From positions 1 through 56,171 of IMG/VR virus record IMGVR_UViG_3300033143_006337: 56,171 bases of DNA. One strand, written 5' to 3'. This stretch comes from a virus (lineage: Duplodnaviria; Caudoviricetes). A program made the position numbers and the translations under genes. This document shows, piece after piece, positions 1 through 9,099 of this stretch. The notes under the pieces are model-generated. The model ran no database searches and was not told the origin of the DNA. It saw only the letters and a list, made by a program, of their open reading frames with translations. The number at the start of each line of letters is the position of its first letter. Position 1 is the first letter of the stretch.

Positions 1-114
1 TATCTTATTTCCAAGTAAACTCTATACAGGGTTTTTTTGGAGTGGTTAGGGGAGCTTTGGGTTTGTTCACGCCTACCATAAAGCTCCTCTTTCACAATCT
101 TATTTTTGGTTTTC
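1..114. repeat. Terminal direct repeat, left copy (circular assembly overlap)
   Basis: Identical to 56058-56171; the last gene 55746..56075 ends inside it. Confidence 0.97.
17..87. terminator. Terminator region between convergent genes (end of late operon and ORF 92..322)
   Basis: AAACTCT-ATAC-AGGGTTT followed by T run (17-38) directly after the last late stop codon; second stem GGAGCTTT/AAAGCTCC (51-58/80-87). Confidence 0.55.
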
Positions 115-322
115 CCGTAATAAAAAGCGAAGCACCCAGCTCTTTTTTCAACTCAACTTCATTAACATAGTACTTCCTCTTTCTTGGTCTGATAAATGAC
201 ACAAGATAAGTCAAGAACAAAACAAACCCAGCAACGAGCAAAATAAGAAGGATTCTACCTGGAGAAATTTCGTCTAAAAACATTTTATTTTTCCTCCTTT
301 TCACTTGCGTTTTTGCTTGCAT
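92..322 (-). CDS. Small single-pass membrane protein
   Basis: Hydrophobic run ILLILLVAGFVLFLTYLVSFI then basic RPRKRK; AAGGAGG upstream of the internal Met (MFLDE) suggests a later start. Confidence 0.6.
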   Translation of the reverse strand: MQAKTQVKRRKNKMFLDEISPGRILLILLVAGFVLFLTYLVSFIRPRKRKYYVNEVELKKELGASLFITGKPKIRL

Positions 323-327
323 GATTA

Positions 328-356
328 TAGATTACAAATTGTTTAACGATTAATCA
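328..356 (-). promoter_or_regulatory. Sigma70-like leftward promoter with palindromic operator in its spacer
   Basis: Minus strand TTGATT-17 nt-TAATCT with TG extension; palindrome AATTGTTTAACGATT at 337-351. Confidence 0.45.
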
Positions 357-383
357 ATAGCAAAATAGTAAGGAGCTAATAAG

Positions 384-590
384 ATGGAAAATACTCAAGA
401 AGCAACTACAGAACTAACAAAGAAAAGAACCAAAAAAACTAAGTATTTTGTGACAACTTCTCCACAGGAGTTTGACAGTAAAAGAGATGTAGAGGCTTTT
501 CTTTCAGAAAACAGACCAAACGAGAACACCAGGGTTATTAAAGGGGCAACAGTTCAATCAAATGTTAAGGAGCATGTCATTCTCACCTAA
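384..590 (+). CDS. Hypothetical protein
   Basis: 68 aa ORF with AAGGAG RBS; TTGCGT-17-TAGATT candidate promoter at 305-333. Confidence 0.7.
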   Translation: MENTQEATTELTKKRTKKTKYFVTTSPQEFDSKRDVEAFLSENRPNENTRVIKGATVQSNVKEHVILT

Positions 591-598
591 GCACACCA

Positions 599-910
599 CT
601 AAGGGGGATGACTTATCCCCCACTTTACAACTTGTTTTATTCTTTTTAGTTTCTCATCCCAGTTCTCAGGGCAGGCAGTCATACCGTAACCACCCGTTGT
701 GCGAATTTTTCTTAGGTTATACTTCTGTAATTCTGTAGGATCTTCACTAGCATCTCTTTTGATTTCAAGAGCAATGAAAATACCAGCTGCACAAATTAGA
801 AAATCGGGTATGCCCACGGTAGAGACTTCGTTGGTTTTGAGATACCAAAGTCTTTCAACTTTATCAAGATCTCTTTTTACTCTGAGTTTGAAAGTGGTTT
901 CTGGTTTCAT
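599..910 (-). CDS. VRR-NUC (PD-D/ExK) nuclease, probable resolvase
   Basis: GIPD..ICAAG.FIALEIK and PTELQ motifs; start taken at MKPETTF, overlapping the upstream stop. Confidence 0.85.
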   Translation of the reverse strand: MKPETTFKLRVKRDLDKVERLWYLKTNEVSTVGIPDFLICAAGIFIALEIKRDASEDPTELQKYNLRKIRTTGGYGMTACPENWDEKLKRIKQVVKWGISHPP

Positions 911-1215
911 CTTAACAAATATGCATCCTCTCCCCATTGTTGCTTTAGGGATTCCCACATATTTCCATAGTAAAAACCACATGAAAAAAGATCATCTCTG
1001 ATTGCTTTACATGTAAGACAGGTTACTATTTCAGTAGGTGCTATATCTTCAAAATTTCTTGTAATAGTTATCTCAACTTTCTCTTCAAAATCAATTTTAT
1101 TTTTGCATTCAATACACTCTGGCATTGCATCTTCATCTCCGTAGTAATGCCAAATTTCAGAGATACAATAAATCTGTTCATCGTTACAAGCATCTACGCA
1201 AATACAATCAAACAT
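907..1215 (-). CDS. Cys-rich hypothetical protein
   Basis: CIEC and CLTC pairs; GGAG RBS. Confidence 0.6.
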   Translation of the reverse strand: MFDCICVDACNDEQIYCISEIWHYYGDEDAMPECIECKNKIDFEEKVEITITRNFEDIAPTEIVTCLTCKAIRDDLFSCGFYYGNMWESLKQQWGEDAYLLR

Positions 1216-1238
1216 TTTGTTTCTCCTTTTACTTTGAG

Positions 1239-1589
1239 TTAGAAATTCTTTACTATCTCAAACTTAAACCTCTTAAATACTTCCGGAAAATATATCTTTG
1301 CTTTGAGTACTGCCTCATCAAAATCCAAAACACCTGGAAGTAAAAAGGCTGAATTGCTTTGACCTCTACTATCTACCGACCGATCCCAGAATGCTAAAAT
1401 CGTTGCGTATCCGTTCATATGAAAAAGATTTGCCCGCCCTTCAATCTCTTTACCCCAAGGTGCAAAAACCGTATCTTTATACGCAAACCAATTTTTAAGC
1501 TCACTTCTCCCTGAATATTGCATTCCACGTTTCCAAACGTTATGACCTGGAGTTCTATTACACCCAAAATATAGTGGCTCTATTTGCAT
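1239..1589 (-). CDS. Hypothetical protein
   Basis: 116 aa ORF, AAGGAG RBS, follows the polymerase. Confidence 0.7.
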   Translation of the reverse strand: MQIEPLYFGCNRTPGHNVWKRGMQYSGRSELKNWFAYKDTVFAPWGKEIEGRANLFHMNGYATILAFWDRSVDSRGQSNSAFLLPGVLDFDEAVLKAKIYFPEVFKRFKFEIVKNF

Positions 1590-1600
1590 ATCTACTCCTT

Positions 1601-3418
1601 TTATTGTGGCAATCCCTTAACCTTATCTGCCCAGCTTTTCCAACTGTGGTCAACTCCACAAGTCAAAGGCAGGTGTTTATAGTTGTAAACTGTTTCCATG
1701 ATTTTCTTAATAGGTTCGATTTCCTCAAACTCATTTTTGTGAAAACGGAAAAGAATTTCATCGTGAATCTGAATCAGCATTTTAGACCGAGCTTTTTTCG
1801 ATTCTAAAAGATCATCAATTCTATTCATAGCTATCTTAACGATATCCGCGCATCCACCTTGAATAAGATAGTTAGGGGCTTTGTAAGCAAAGTTAGAATC
1901 AGGGAAGTAGTAAATTCTTCCAAACCAATTGAAGATTTCTTTTCGGTACTTGGCTTTATTCATAACCTTGCTGATAAAATCAGAAATCTTAGGGAGTGTG
2001 TCAAAGTAGTGTTGCTTAAGCCTCTTGGCTTCTGCAACTGATATACCTAATTTTCCTGCAAGTATTACTGCTCCTCCACCATAGATAAGTAGAAAGTTAA
2101 TTGTCTTTGCAAACTCACGAACAATCTTAAGAAGCTCTGCAGTAGAGGTATGGACATCCAATCCTTCATCCAAAATCTTCCTAATGATTTTCATCTCACC
2201 GGCATAATCCAGCATGAGCCTGTATTCCATCTGATCATAATCAATCATGATAAAACAATAATCAGGATCTCCAGGAACAAAAGAACGTCTTACCAAAAAC
2301 TCTTTTTCAGGATCAAACTTCTTATTCAGGTTTTGAAGGTTGGGGTTACTATAGGAAAACCGACCTGGTGCTGTTCCTCCTTGCCGAATGTTTGCATGTA
2401 TCAAACCGTTGGTATCAGAATAGTCTAAGAAATTTCTGTAGTAAGTATTTGCTTTCTTATAGCTGGATCTGTAGTCTCTAACGACTTGAGCCATTGGTGT
2501 TGTAAAGTTTTCGAGCACTTCATCCCTGAAACTAGGATTACCCTTCTCGGTGGTAGGATACTTTTCACCCACTGCTCCAAATGCCTGGGCAAGCGTTTTA
2601 TTGGAGTCCTTGAACGGGATCGAAGAAATCTTAGTAAACTTTTTCTCACACGTCTTGAAAATATTTGTCTCAAAAGCCAGAGCACGAGTGGTGTAGTCAT
2701 AATCGATTGCTGCACCGTGCCTCTCCATCTTAAAACACGTCTTTGTAACTTTTCTTTCATTAGCATATAGCTCCATAATAGAAGGAATACCAACAGAGAT
2801 TTGCTTTTTCTCGATTTCTTCCAACCTGGCAATTTGCCATAACCCCAGTTTTCTTGTGATGTCTCCATCAGTGCATCCATAACCTGAAATAATCTCAAAA
2901 GGAACATCTATAAAGTGTGGAACTTTCGTGCGCTTTTTCTTCCCTGGTATTTCTTCCCAGTGGTAAAGCTTGTTTTTTGCAATATGCTCGTCAACAGCTT
3001 TTGATTTTTTCTCCCCGCAATCGGGAGCCCTTTTGTCAAGCTGATAGCTCATGTGGGTATTGTTGACAAGCCTTCCAATGGCTTCTGTACAGTGGATCTG
3101 CCCATCCACAAATAATCCCTCATTCGCCAACATGCTCATATCGAACTTAGCATTATGCATAAACCATAGGGATAGTTTAACCGATAAGATCTCTTCAAAC
3201 AGAGCAAGATTCTTTCTGTCAAGAATCAAGTCTGAATCTATATCATCATAATGCTGGAAGTTGAAATAGTAGGAATCAATTTCGTTTGTGAGAATGACAG
3301 AGAATAATTTATCGCCAAGGTAAGATTTTAGCCCCGTTGTTTCTGTATCCAATGCATACTGCCCTGGAAGACAAAACAAACTTAGAACTTTTCTAACTTC
3401 TCCTTCTCTTACTAGCAT
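1601..3418 (-). CDS. polA: Family A DNA polymerase with 3'-5' exonuclease
   Basis: ExoI DTETTGL, ExoII HNAKFD, GRFSYSNPNLQN, motif A DYDQMEYR, motif B AKTINFLLIYG, motif C QIHDE. Confidence 0.97.
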   Translation of the reverse strand: MLVREGEVRKVLSLFCLPGQYALDTETTGLKSYLGDKLFSVILTNEIDSYYFNFQHYDDIDSDLILDRKNLALFEEILSVKLSLWFMHNAKFDMSMLANEGLFVDGQIHCTEAIGRLVNNTHMSYQLDKRAPDCGEKKSKAVDEHIAKNKLYHWEEIPGKKKRTKVPHFIDVPFEIISGYGCTDGDITRKLGLWQIARLEEIEKKQISVGIPSIMELYANERKVTKTCFKMERHGAAIDYDYTTRALAFETNIFKTCEKKFTKISSIPFKDSNKTLAQAFGAVGEKYPTTEKGNPSFRDEVLENFTTPMAQVVRDYRSSYKKANTYYRNFLDYSDTNGLIHANIRQGGTAPGRFSYSNPNLQNLNKKFDPEKEFLVRRSFVPGDPDYCFIMIDYDQMEYRLMLDYAGEMKIIRKILDEGLDVHTSTAELLKIVREFAKTINFLLIYGGGAVILAGKLGISVAEAKRLKQHYFDTLPKISDFISKVMNKAKYRKEIFNWFGRIYYFPDSNFAYKAPNYLIQGGCADIVKIAMNRIDDLLESKKARSKMLIQIHDEILFRFHKNEFEEIEPIKKIMETVYNYKHLPLTCGVDHSWKSWADKVKGLPQ

Positions 3419-3674
3419 GGGATTCCTTATAGCAATCTATAATGTAATCAGCAAACGCAGAAGCTGATACACCTTCTTTTTCTGCCTGTGTCTCTATATA
3501 TTCTTTGTTCTCTTCTTTTACTCTCACATACAAAACAGCTGGGCGTTTTTTTGGTAACGCTCCTACACTGGAAGTATTGCTGCTTGGATTCCTGCTTCTT
3601 CTGCTTTTTGTAGCTCCTTTGGCACCTGGCTGCTTTTTACTTGTTTTAGCCATAGCTTTCTTTTTCCTTCCCAC
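3393..3674 (-). CDS. Ribbon-helix-helix-like DNA-binding protein with basic N-terminal tail
   Basis: VLYVRV strand then KEENKEYIETQAEKEGVSASAFADYII, the CopG/Arc pattern. Confidence 0.65.
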   Translation of the reverse strand: MGRKKKAMAKTSKKQPGAKGATKSRRSRNPSSNTSSVGALPKKRPAVLYVRVKEENKEYIETQAEKEGVSASAFADYIIDCYKESHASKRRRS

Positions 3675-4297
3675 TTGTAGCCTAGCTCCTTGGCTACGCC
3701 TGTTTGTTTCCCTTCATCGTGCCAGGGCTTCATTACAACTGCTCTGACTGACACATTAGGCTCCTTAGAGAGTTTCACAATCTCTTCTATATCATAGTTG
3801 GATATAACTTTCATCATTGTAAGCACATCAAATACAGCTCTGTGAGCAAAGGGATTGAGAAAATTATGCTCCGTAGCCAAATAGGTTAGCTTTCTTGTAC
3901 CGATAGATTCATGATAGGGAACATCAACATAAGTATCAATCCAGTCTATGTTCTTTCCAATAAACTCTTTATGCCTAGCTTTTTCAGCATCATAAAAAGC
4001 TTTATCGAAAGGAGCATTATGAGCTACAAAATACTCAGCCTTGCTTGCGAGTTCGTCTAACCCCAGGAATGCTTGCTTTTCATTGATTCCAAATTCCTGC
4101 AACATATTAAAATCAATCCCCGTTATCCGAGTAATCTCATCTGAGACTTCTTTGATATCAGAATGGTTCACCAATACACTGTAGATTTCCATAGGAGATC
4201 TTTTTTCTGTACACCAGAGAACAGCACCTATTTCTGTAACTCTGTTTTCTTCTGAACAAAGCCCTGTTGTTTCAAAATCTAATCCGCAAAGTAACAT
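3563..4297 (-). CDS. DEDDh (DnaQ-like) 3'-5' exonuclease
   Basis: DFETTGL, EIG, AHNAPFD, AHRAVFD. Confidence 0.92.
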   Translation of the reverse strand: MLLCGLDFETTGLCSEENRVTEIGAVLWCTEKRSPMEIYSVLVNHSDIKEVSDEITRITGIDFNMLQEFGINEKQAFLGLDELASKAEYFVAHNAPFDKAFYDAEKARHKEFIGKNIDWIDTYVDVPYHESIGTRKLTYLATEHNFLNPFAHRAVFDVLTMMKVISNYDIEEIVKLSKEPNVSVRAVVMKPWHDEGKQTGVAKELGYKWEGKRKLWLKQVKSSQVPKELQKAEEAGIQAAILPV

Positions 4298-4300
4298 AGT

Positions 4301-4672
4301 TTACCCTTCCTTGGTTTTTGGTTCCTCAATCTGCACGTTTCTTTTCACTTCATAAGCTGGTTTCTTGAGAACAGCGATGAAGTCTATATCAGGTGGCATA
4401 TAGATACCAGCGATTCCTCTATGCTGTAACCACTGATCAAAATTCTTTATGAGGTTATCTCTTATCTTGTGCGGCAATTTTTCTCTAAGCTGAAAAACAA
4501 GCATGTCTCCTTTGTCACATTCAAGAGAAGTTAGCTTCTCAACTTCTGCAGGTATGTAACCTTTCTCAAGCATATCCAGCACAACTTTCTCAGCCAGGTG
4601 CGAAAACTCATCTACTCTTTCTTGTTTCATTTCTACCTTGTTTTCTTTCTTGGCTTCTGCTTCATTTTCCAT
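4301..4672 (-). CDS. Hypothetical protein
   Basis: 123 aa ORF tightly packed against the exonuclease start. Confidence 0.7.
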   Translation of the reverse strand: MENEAEAKKENKVEMKQERVDEFSHLAEKVVLDMLEKGYIPAEVEKLTSLECDKGDMLVFQLREKLPHKIRDNLIKNFDQWLQHRGIAGIYMPPDIDFIAVLKKPAYEVKRNVQIEEPKTKEG

Positions 4673-4705
4673 ACTTTACTTACCCCTTAAAATTCTTATA
4701 AGTGT

Positions 4706-4885
4706 TCAGCAATTCGGGTTTTTTGAATTTTTACGAGTTTTAAATTCAATAACACACTTTTGTTCTATAAAAAATTCTTCACCACAATAAAAACAATCTT
4801 GATCATCATAGCCTTCCCATGCAGGCTGGATACGATAACAATACGGGCATTTTAATTGTTCTTTACTTATGTCTGGTGTCGGCAT
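4706..4885 (-). CDS. Small zinc-ribbon protein (not in ORF track)
   Basis: Manual translation MPTPDISKEQLKCPYCYRIQ...DCFYCGEEF..., 59 aa, two CxxC. Confidence 0.6.
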   Translation of the reverse strand: MPTPDISKEQLKCPYCYRIQPAWEGYDDQDCFYCGEEFFIEQKCVIEFKTRKNSKNPNC

Positions 4886-4939
4886 AGCTCACTCATCTCT
4901 TATAAATTCCCTGCAAAGTGTTCAAAAATCATTTCTTTT

Positions 4940-5140
4940 TTAAAATCTTTTTTCCTCACATTTTTTACACTTTGAAGCTGGGTTGTGGTGGTTTTCGCAG
5001 TCTATCTTTTTAAACTTCCGCCTCTTGTGTTGACACAAAGGGCTATCTCCTTCTTGTGCATCCTCATAAAAACAATGCCAGTACAAAGTAACGGTCATTC
5101 CTTTACGGCCTCTTTGCCAAATAAATTTCGACTTTGTCAT
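4940..5140 (-). CDS. Small Cys/His-rich hypothetical protein
   Basis: WHC, PLC, CKKC motifs. Confidence 0.55.
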   Translation of the reverse strand: MTKSKFIWQRGRKGMTVTLYWHCFYEDAQEGDSPLCQHKRRKFKKIDCENHHNPASKCKKCEEKRF

Positions 5141-5168
5141 AGTACTCTTTTTCTTTACTGAATAATGA

Positions 5169-5233
5169 ATTTGGGAGCAAGCTACGTTTTTACCAGGTAT
5201 TCAACAAAGTTAATAAAAAGCCTGCCCCCAAAT
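5169..5233 (-). other. Long intergenic RNA hairpin
   Basis: 15-bp stem ATTTGGGGGCAGGCT/AGCTTGCTCCCAAAT with two G-U pairs valid only on the transcribed minus strand. Confidence 0.6.
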
Positions 5234-5240
5234 ATGTTAG

Positions 5241-5990
5241 TTAGAATTTATCCCCTTCCTTGTACTCACCAGCTGTCTCTGTATGCCCTGTTTCCTGCTC
5301 AAGATCCGAATGATCAACTTCCACGTTTGTTGTCCTGATGATGTTCTCCCAACGCTTAATAGCCTGCTTTTCCTTGTCGGTAGTCTTACGGTTCTCGACA
5401 ACATCATAAACGTAAAATTTTCCGTGGTCGTTTTCCTTTGCCAGTGAACTTAGGTTATACGTTTTATGATATACCGGAAGACCAAAAGCACCATACTTAG
5501 CCCGAGCAGTCTCCAGCTTTTTACCTGCCATATGGGAAGTACGACGAAAAGAAATAAGATAAGGAAAATATACGTCTTCATTTTCAATCTCAATAGGAAG
5601 AAGACAGAAATAATTAATAGCATGATCTCTTCTGATGTTCACACCATCCTCAACACCTGTCCAATCCCAGTCAACATTCTCTGGGGTTTGCGGGACTTGC
5701 TTTTTAAACTTGAGCTTATCGCCAATCTGCTCATAGATAACCCAGGTTTCTGTTACAAAAAAAGGAAGGATCTCTAAAGGCTCTTCCTTTGTGCCAAGCT
5801 TAACGCAGTTCATTGAATCGCGCATTTCACCAAGTCTTGCTTTTTCTTCCTGTACAAACTGGGAAGGAGGCTGCATTAAAAGAATTTTCGGCACAATTAA
5901 ATTCTTGGGGTTAATCGCTCCTGCAGGATCTTGGTAAGCTGCCACTACTCCAGGTGCTTCTGTTGTCGCTACTTTTGTTTCTTCAGTCAT
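5241..5990 (-). CDS. Putative ssDNA-binding / replication accessory protein
   Basis: LIVPKILLMQ..S N-terminal motif typical of a phage replication-module family; acidic tail ending in Phe; sits between helicase and PolA. Confidence 0.5.
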   Translation of the reverse strand: MTEETKVATTEAPGVVAAYQDPAGAINPKNLIVPKILLMQPPSQFVQEEKARLGEMRDSMNCVKLGTKEEPLEILPFFVTETWVIYEQIGDKLKFKKQVPQTPENVDWDWTGVEDGVNIRRDHAINYFCLLPIEIENEDVYFPYLISFRRTSHMAGKKLETARAKYGAFGLPVYHKTYNLSSLAKENDHGKFYVYDVVENRKTTDKEKQAIKRWENIIRTTNVEVDHSDLEQETGHTETAGEYKEGDKF

Positions 5991-6205
5991 GATTCATTTT
6001 CTCCTTTAAATTTACATTCCGATTCTTCTTCAGGAAAATGCTTCCCTGTAAATCTATACTTTAAATGCTGAGCTAATTTTTCATAATCATACCCTTCAAT
6101 TACTGTAAAATTATCAAAAGGTAGCAAATCCTTACTATTCCCCCCAGGACAAGAACAAATAATAAAACCATTTCTTACCTGCTCAACATGAAATGACATA
6201 CCCAT
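5987..6205 (-). CDS. Hypothetical protein
   Basis: Overlapping stop/start coupling on both sides; FHVEQVRNGFII N-terminus. Confidence 0.6.
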   Translation of the reverse strand: MGMSFHVEQVRNGFIICSCPGGNSKDLLPFDNFTVIEGYDYEKLAQHLKYRFTGKHFPEEESECKFKGENES

Positions 6206-6720
6206 TATGCTTTCTTCCAAGTTACTGTGTCGTAATGTTTAGGCTCCTCAATCCCAGGAATTGAGAAATCTGGATTTTGCTCTTCTACTGCTTTTGCAAA
6301 TGCTTCCTTGTAATATGCATTGAGGCTTTGGCTGTTCACTGTCCAAAGGCTATCAAAAACTTCTTCACACTCAAAATATTTCCTCAAGGCATTTCTTTCC
6401 ACTTCTGTCTTTGGCACCTTCACAGAGAAGTTATCTTTTCTTCCAAAGGTTCCAAATTCACTTTTGAAACTTTTTAGCTCAGCTACTTGCAAATGCTTAA
6501 GCCCCTTTTTCTTCATTGCTTCAAGCTTTGAGGTTTCATTTGCAATAATTCTTTTGTAAGAATCAACAACTTCCTTTTGCTCCGCATACTCTTTACAAAA
6601 AGAATTCATCTGCTCAAGCGTAGCTGTTTGAGATTCTTCTGCAGCTGGTGCATCTGAAACAGAAGCCCCACAAGCTTCCTGAAGTGGTTGTCCTTCGTGA
6701 GTTACGTTTTCTTTTTCCAT
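6205..6720 (-). CDS. Coiled-coil phage replication-module protein
   Basis: N-terminal coiled coil, FKSEFGTF, VNSQSLNAYYKE and IPGIE motifs; AAGGAG RBS. Confidence 0.6.
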   Translation of the reverse strand: MEKENVTHEGQPLQEACGASVSDAPAAEESQTATLEQMNSFCKEYAEQKEVVDSYKRIIANETSKLEAMKKKGLKHLQVAELKSFKSEFGTFGRKDNFSVKVPKTEVERNALRKYFECEEVFDSLWTVNSQSLNAYYKEAFAKAVEEQNPDFSIPGIEEPKHYDTVTWKKA

Positions 6721-6731
6721 TTCTGTTCTCC

Positions 6732-6905
6732 TTAGCTTGGATAATATTTTGTATAAATATCTATAATCTTGTCTCTTTGATTTCTAGTAAACCATTGACT
6801 ATGGTACATATCGTTAAGAAAGGTGTTTTCCCAAGTTGAGTAATTTTCACCTACCCAATCCTCAACCATTTCTCTCACCATCTCTGTGCAGTCTACATTA
6901 GTCAT
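6732..6905 (-). CDS. Hypothetical protein (not in ORF track)
   Basis: Manual translation MTNVDCTEMV...STWENTFLNDM...YYPS, 57 aa, fills the gap exactly. Confidence 0.6.
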   Translation of the reverse strand: MTNVDCTEMVREMVEDWVGENYSTWENTFLNDMYHSQWFTRNQRDKIIDIYTKYYPS

Positions 6906-6907
6906 GC

Positions 6908-7168
6908 TTAACCATTCATGCTTACATGTTTAACGCCAAGTTTCTTTGCAGCATCTCTGTTTGCTTTACTGAATACTTTTAGCTCATCTTTGTTTTCTTC
7001 TACAGATGTAACTATAAAAGCAGCTCTTGCAAATCCAGCAAAGTAAGCCTGCATTATTAAAATCCTAGTATCCTCTGGCAGCATCTCAGGATTATCAGAA
7101 GTTACTTTTTTCTCAAACTCACCAAAACTATTCATGATTATAGGTTCTCTAATCTCAATATCTTTCAC
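6908..7168 (-). CDS. Hypothetical protein
   Basis: GTG start with AAGGAG RBS; QAYFAG motif. Confidence 0.65.
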   Translation of the reverse strand: MKDIEIREPIIMNSFGEFEKKVTSDNPEMLPEDTRILIMQAYFAGFARAAFIVTSVEENKDELKVFSKANRDAAKKLGVKHVSMNG

Positions 7169-7196
7169 TTTTCTCTCCTTGCGAATTGATTAGGCT

Positions 7197-7228
7197 AAGT
7201 TACTACCCTGCTTTCTAAAGTGCAAGCA
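7197..7228 (-). promoter_or_regulatory. Sigma70-like promoter with TGCTT-N10-AAGCA palindrome
   Basis: Minus strand TTGCAC-17-TAACTT; 7209-7228 matches 15154-15173 at 19 of 20 bases. Confidence 0.6.
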
Positions 7229-7496
7229 ATTTCTTTCTCTTTTTAATGCTGCGAATATTCCTCAAACGATTCCTAACTTCTCTTCTATAACTCTTGTAAG
7301 CTACTCTTTCCAGTTTGCTTTTTTTGTTAGGTTTTTCCCCTAATTTAAATTCTTTAAGCTTAGCTTTTATAAGATTAAATGCCCCAAATTTTACACAAGC
7401 AGGGCATAGAAATAAACCACACTCATGAGATCTCAGATCTACATCATGAAAAAATTCGTGGCAAATCTGACAAGGTTGAGAAACTTCAAATCTCAT
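7215..7496 (-). CDS. Zinc-finger-like basic protein
   Basis: CQIC and LCPAC, very basic C-terminus; coupled to helicase stop. Confidence 0.6.
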   Translation of the reverse strand: MRFEVSQPCQICHEFFHDVDLRSHECGLFLCPACVKFGAFNLIKAKLKEFKLGEKPNKKSKLERVAYKSYRREVRNRLRNIRSIKKRKKLLAL

Positions 7497-8926
7497 TAAA
7501 GCCTATCCTTTATCTGCAAAATATTGTTGGCAATATTCTCTTTGCGAAGAAGAGCTTCCAAGATAACCTCATCAATAGTATTAGGTGCAACTATATCTAT
7601 GCGAGTTATCTTTTCATGTTGTTCACTTCCTGATCTATGACAACGAGATTCAGACTGCAAATCAAACTCAAGAGAGAAGTTGCGCGAGAAGTAAACAGCA
7701 TAACTTGCTGCAGTAAGATTGACTCCTACTCCACCAGCTCCCTGGTTTGCAATCATAGTGTTATAGGTTTCATTATTCTGAAAGTTGTCAATAGATTCTT
7801 GTCTTTGCTTCTCGGTCATTCCCCCATACAGCATACAGACATCACCAGCCATTAAATCAGCTATCATTTTGTAATTCTGCCTGAAGCAACTCCAGATAAT
7901 AACTTTCTTTTTCTCATCCATAATCTCCTGCAGAATATCTTTCAGCGCATCAATCCTGGGGTTTTGCTTATAAATGATTTCTTCACCATCATCTGTTTTA
8001 AAATATCCTGAGAGAATTTGTTGGAGACGAAGCCCTTTAGTTAGTGCCATTGACGCAACACATGTCTTATCACCAAGGTAAGCTATAAACTCCTTTTTCA
8101 TTTGTTCGTACATTCGAGACTGCTCCGCCCCCAACTCAACAAAGATTTGCTTTTTGACTAACGGTGGTAAGTCTAAGCAATCTTTTTTTAAAACCCTAAC
8201 CGCTCTTTTGTAAATCAGTTTATTGAATTCTGTATTCACAGAAGGTTTAGGCTGCCAGTCAGGGAAATATCTTTGCTTTGGCATTCCTGCATTTTTATCC
8301 TCAAACCACCTTAAGCGAAACTGCTGGAACTTTTGTCCGAATGATTGCCCCCCATCTAATACTCGATACTGAGAAAAAATATCCATCGGAGTGTTAAGAA
8401 TAGGAGTACCAGTGAGAATATATTTATACCTAGCGCGATCGGCAAGTATAATACAGCTTTTAGTGCGCTTGCTTTTATGGTTTTTAATTTTGTGAGATTC
8501 ATCAATTATTAACACTTCAGGTTGCCAATCATAAATAGACTGATAAAGTTCCTTCATGTTGAGCGTTTCATAATTCGTTACGAAGATAGCGTTTTTCGTT
8601 CTCGGTACTCCTTCAACAGTAAACCAAGCATTATTCATAAATTTATCAAGACGTTTTTTCCCTGTTCCTGTTAACGTAGTTACCTTGTCTCCTACTCGGG
8701 AGAACTTTATAAACTCGCGTCTCCACTGCTCCACTACGACAACAGGGCAAAGCACCAGGGTTTTGAGGATACGATTGTTTTCATGATACTTATAACGAAG
8801 GGTAGATATAGCCATACCCGTCTTGCCACATCCCATTTCCGCAAAGAATGCAAAACCATGTAAGGGAATAGCTTTCATGACTGAATCTTTTTGGTGCTGC
8901 CATAGGACAGGGATTTCTTTTTTCAT
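7496..8926 (-). CDS. SNF2-family (SF2) helicase
   Basis: EMGCGKT, DESH, LTGTP, GVNLTAA, QSESRCHR. Confidence 0.95.
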   Translation of the reverse strand: MKKEIPVLWQHQKDSVMKAIPLHGFAFFAEMGCGKTGMAISTLRYKYHENNRILKTLVLCPVVVVEQWRREFIKFSRVGDKVTTLTGTGKKRLDKFMNNAWFTVEGVPRTKNAIFVTNYETLNMKELYQSIYDWQPEVLIIDESHKIKNHKSKRTKSCIILADRARYKYILTGTPILNTPMDIFSQYRVLDGGQSFGQKFQQFRLRWFEDKNAGMPKQRYFPDWQPKPSVNTEFNKLIYKRAVRVLKKDCLDLPPLVKKQIFVELGAEQSRMYEQMKKEFIAYLGDKTCVASMALTKGLRLQQILSGYFKTDDGEEIIYKQNPRIDALKDILQEIMDEKKKVIIWSCFRQNYKMIADLMAGDVCMLYGGMTEKQRQESIDNFQNNETYNTMIANQGAGGVGVNLTAASYAVYFSRNFSLEFDLQSESRCHRSGSEQHEKITRIDIVAPNTIDEVILEALLRKENIANNILQIKDRL

Positions 8927-9099
8927 TCGTCTATCTCCGAAATTTCCGTAGGATCTTCAAAGCTCCATTCTATAAGCTGATCAGAACCATCCTCTATGTC
9001 TATACATGTTGCCTTATCTATAGCTTTTCTTTCAGAGTTTGCTTTCACGATTGCTGTAGCTATCCCAGAGATTTTGTAAGTAACTTGATATGATTTCAT
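8923..9099 (-). CDS. Hypothetical protein (not in ORF track)
   Basis: Manual translation MKSYQVTYKISGIATAIVKANSERKAIDKA..., 58 aa, ATGA overlaps at both ends. Confidence 0.65.
   Translation of the reverse strand: MKSYQVTYKISGIATAIVKANSERKAIDKATCIDIEDGSDQLIEWSFEDPTEISEIDE

Noticed and set aside
1859-3251. Alternative-frame and antisense ORFs within polA (for example 2425..2907)
   Set aside because: Fully overlap an intact polymerase and show no recognisable features
1601-3418. Modified-base genome (DpoZ/PurZ, deazaguanine or hmU pathways)
   Set aside because: No PurZ, DpdA/Que, thymidylate-synthase-like or glycosyltransferase genes recognised; MazG-like gene alone is insufficient
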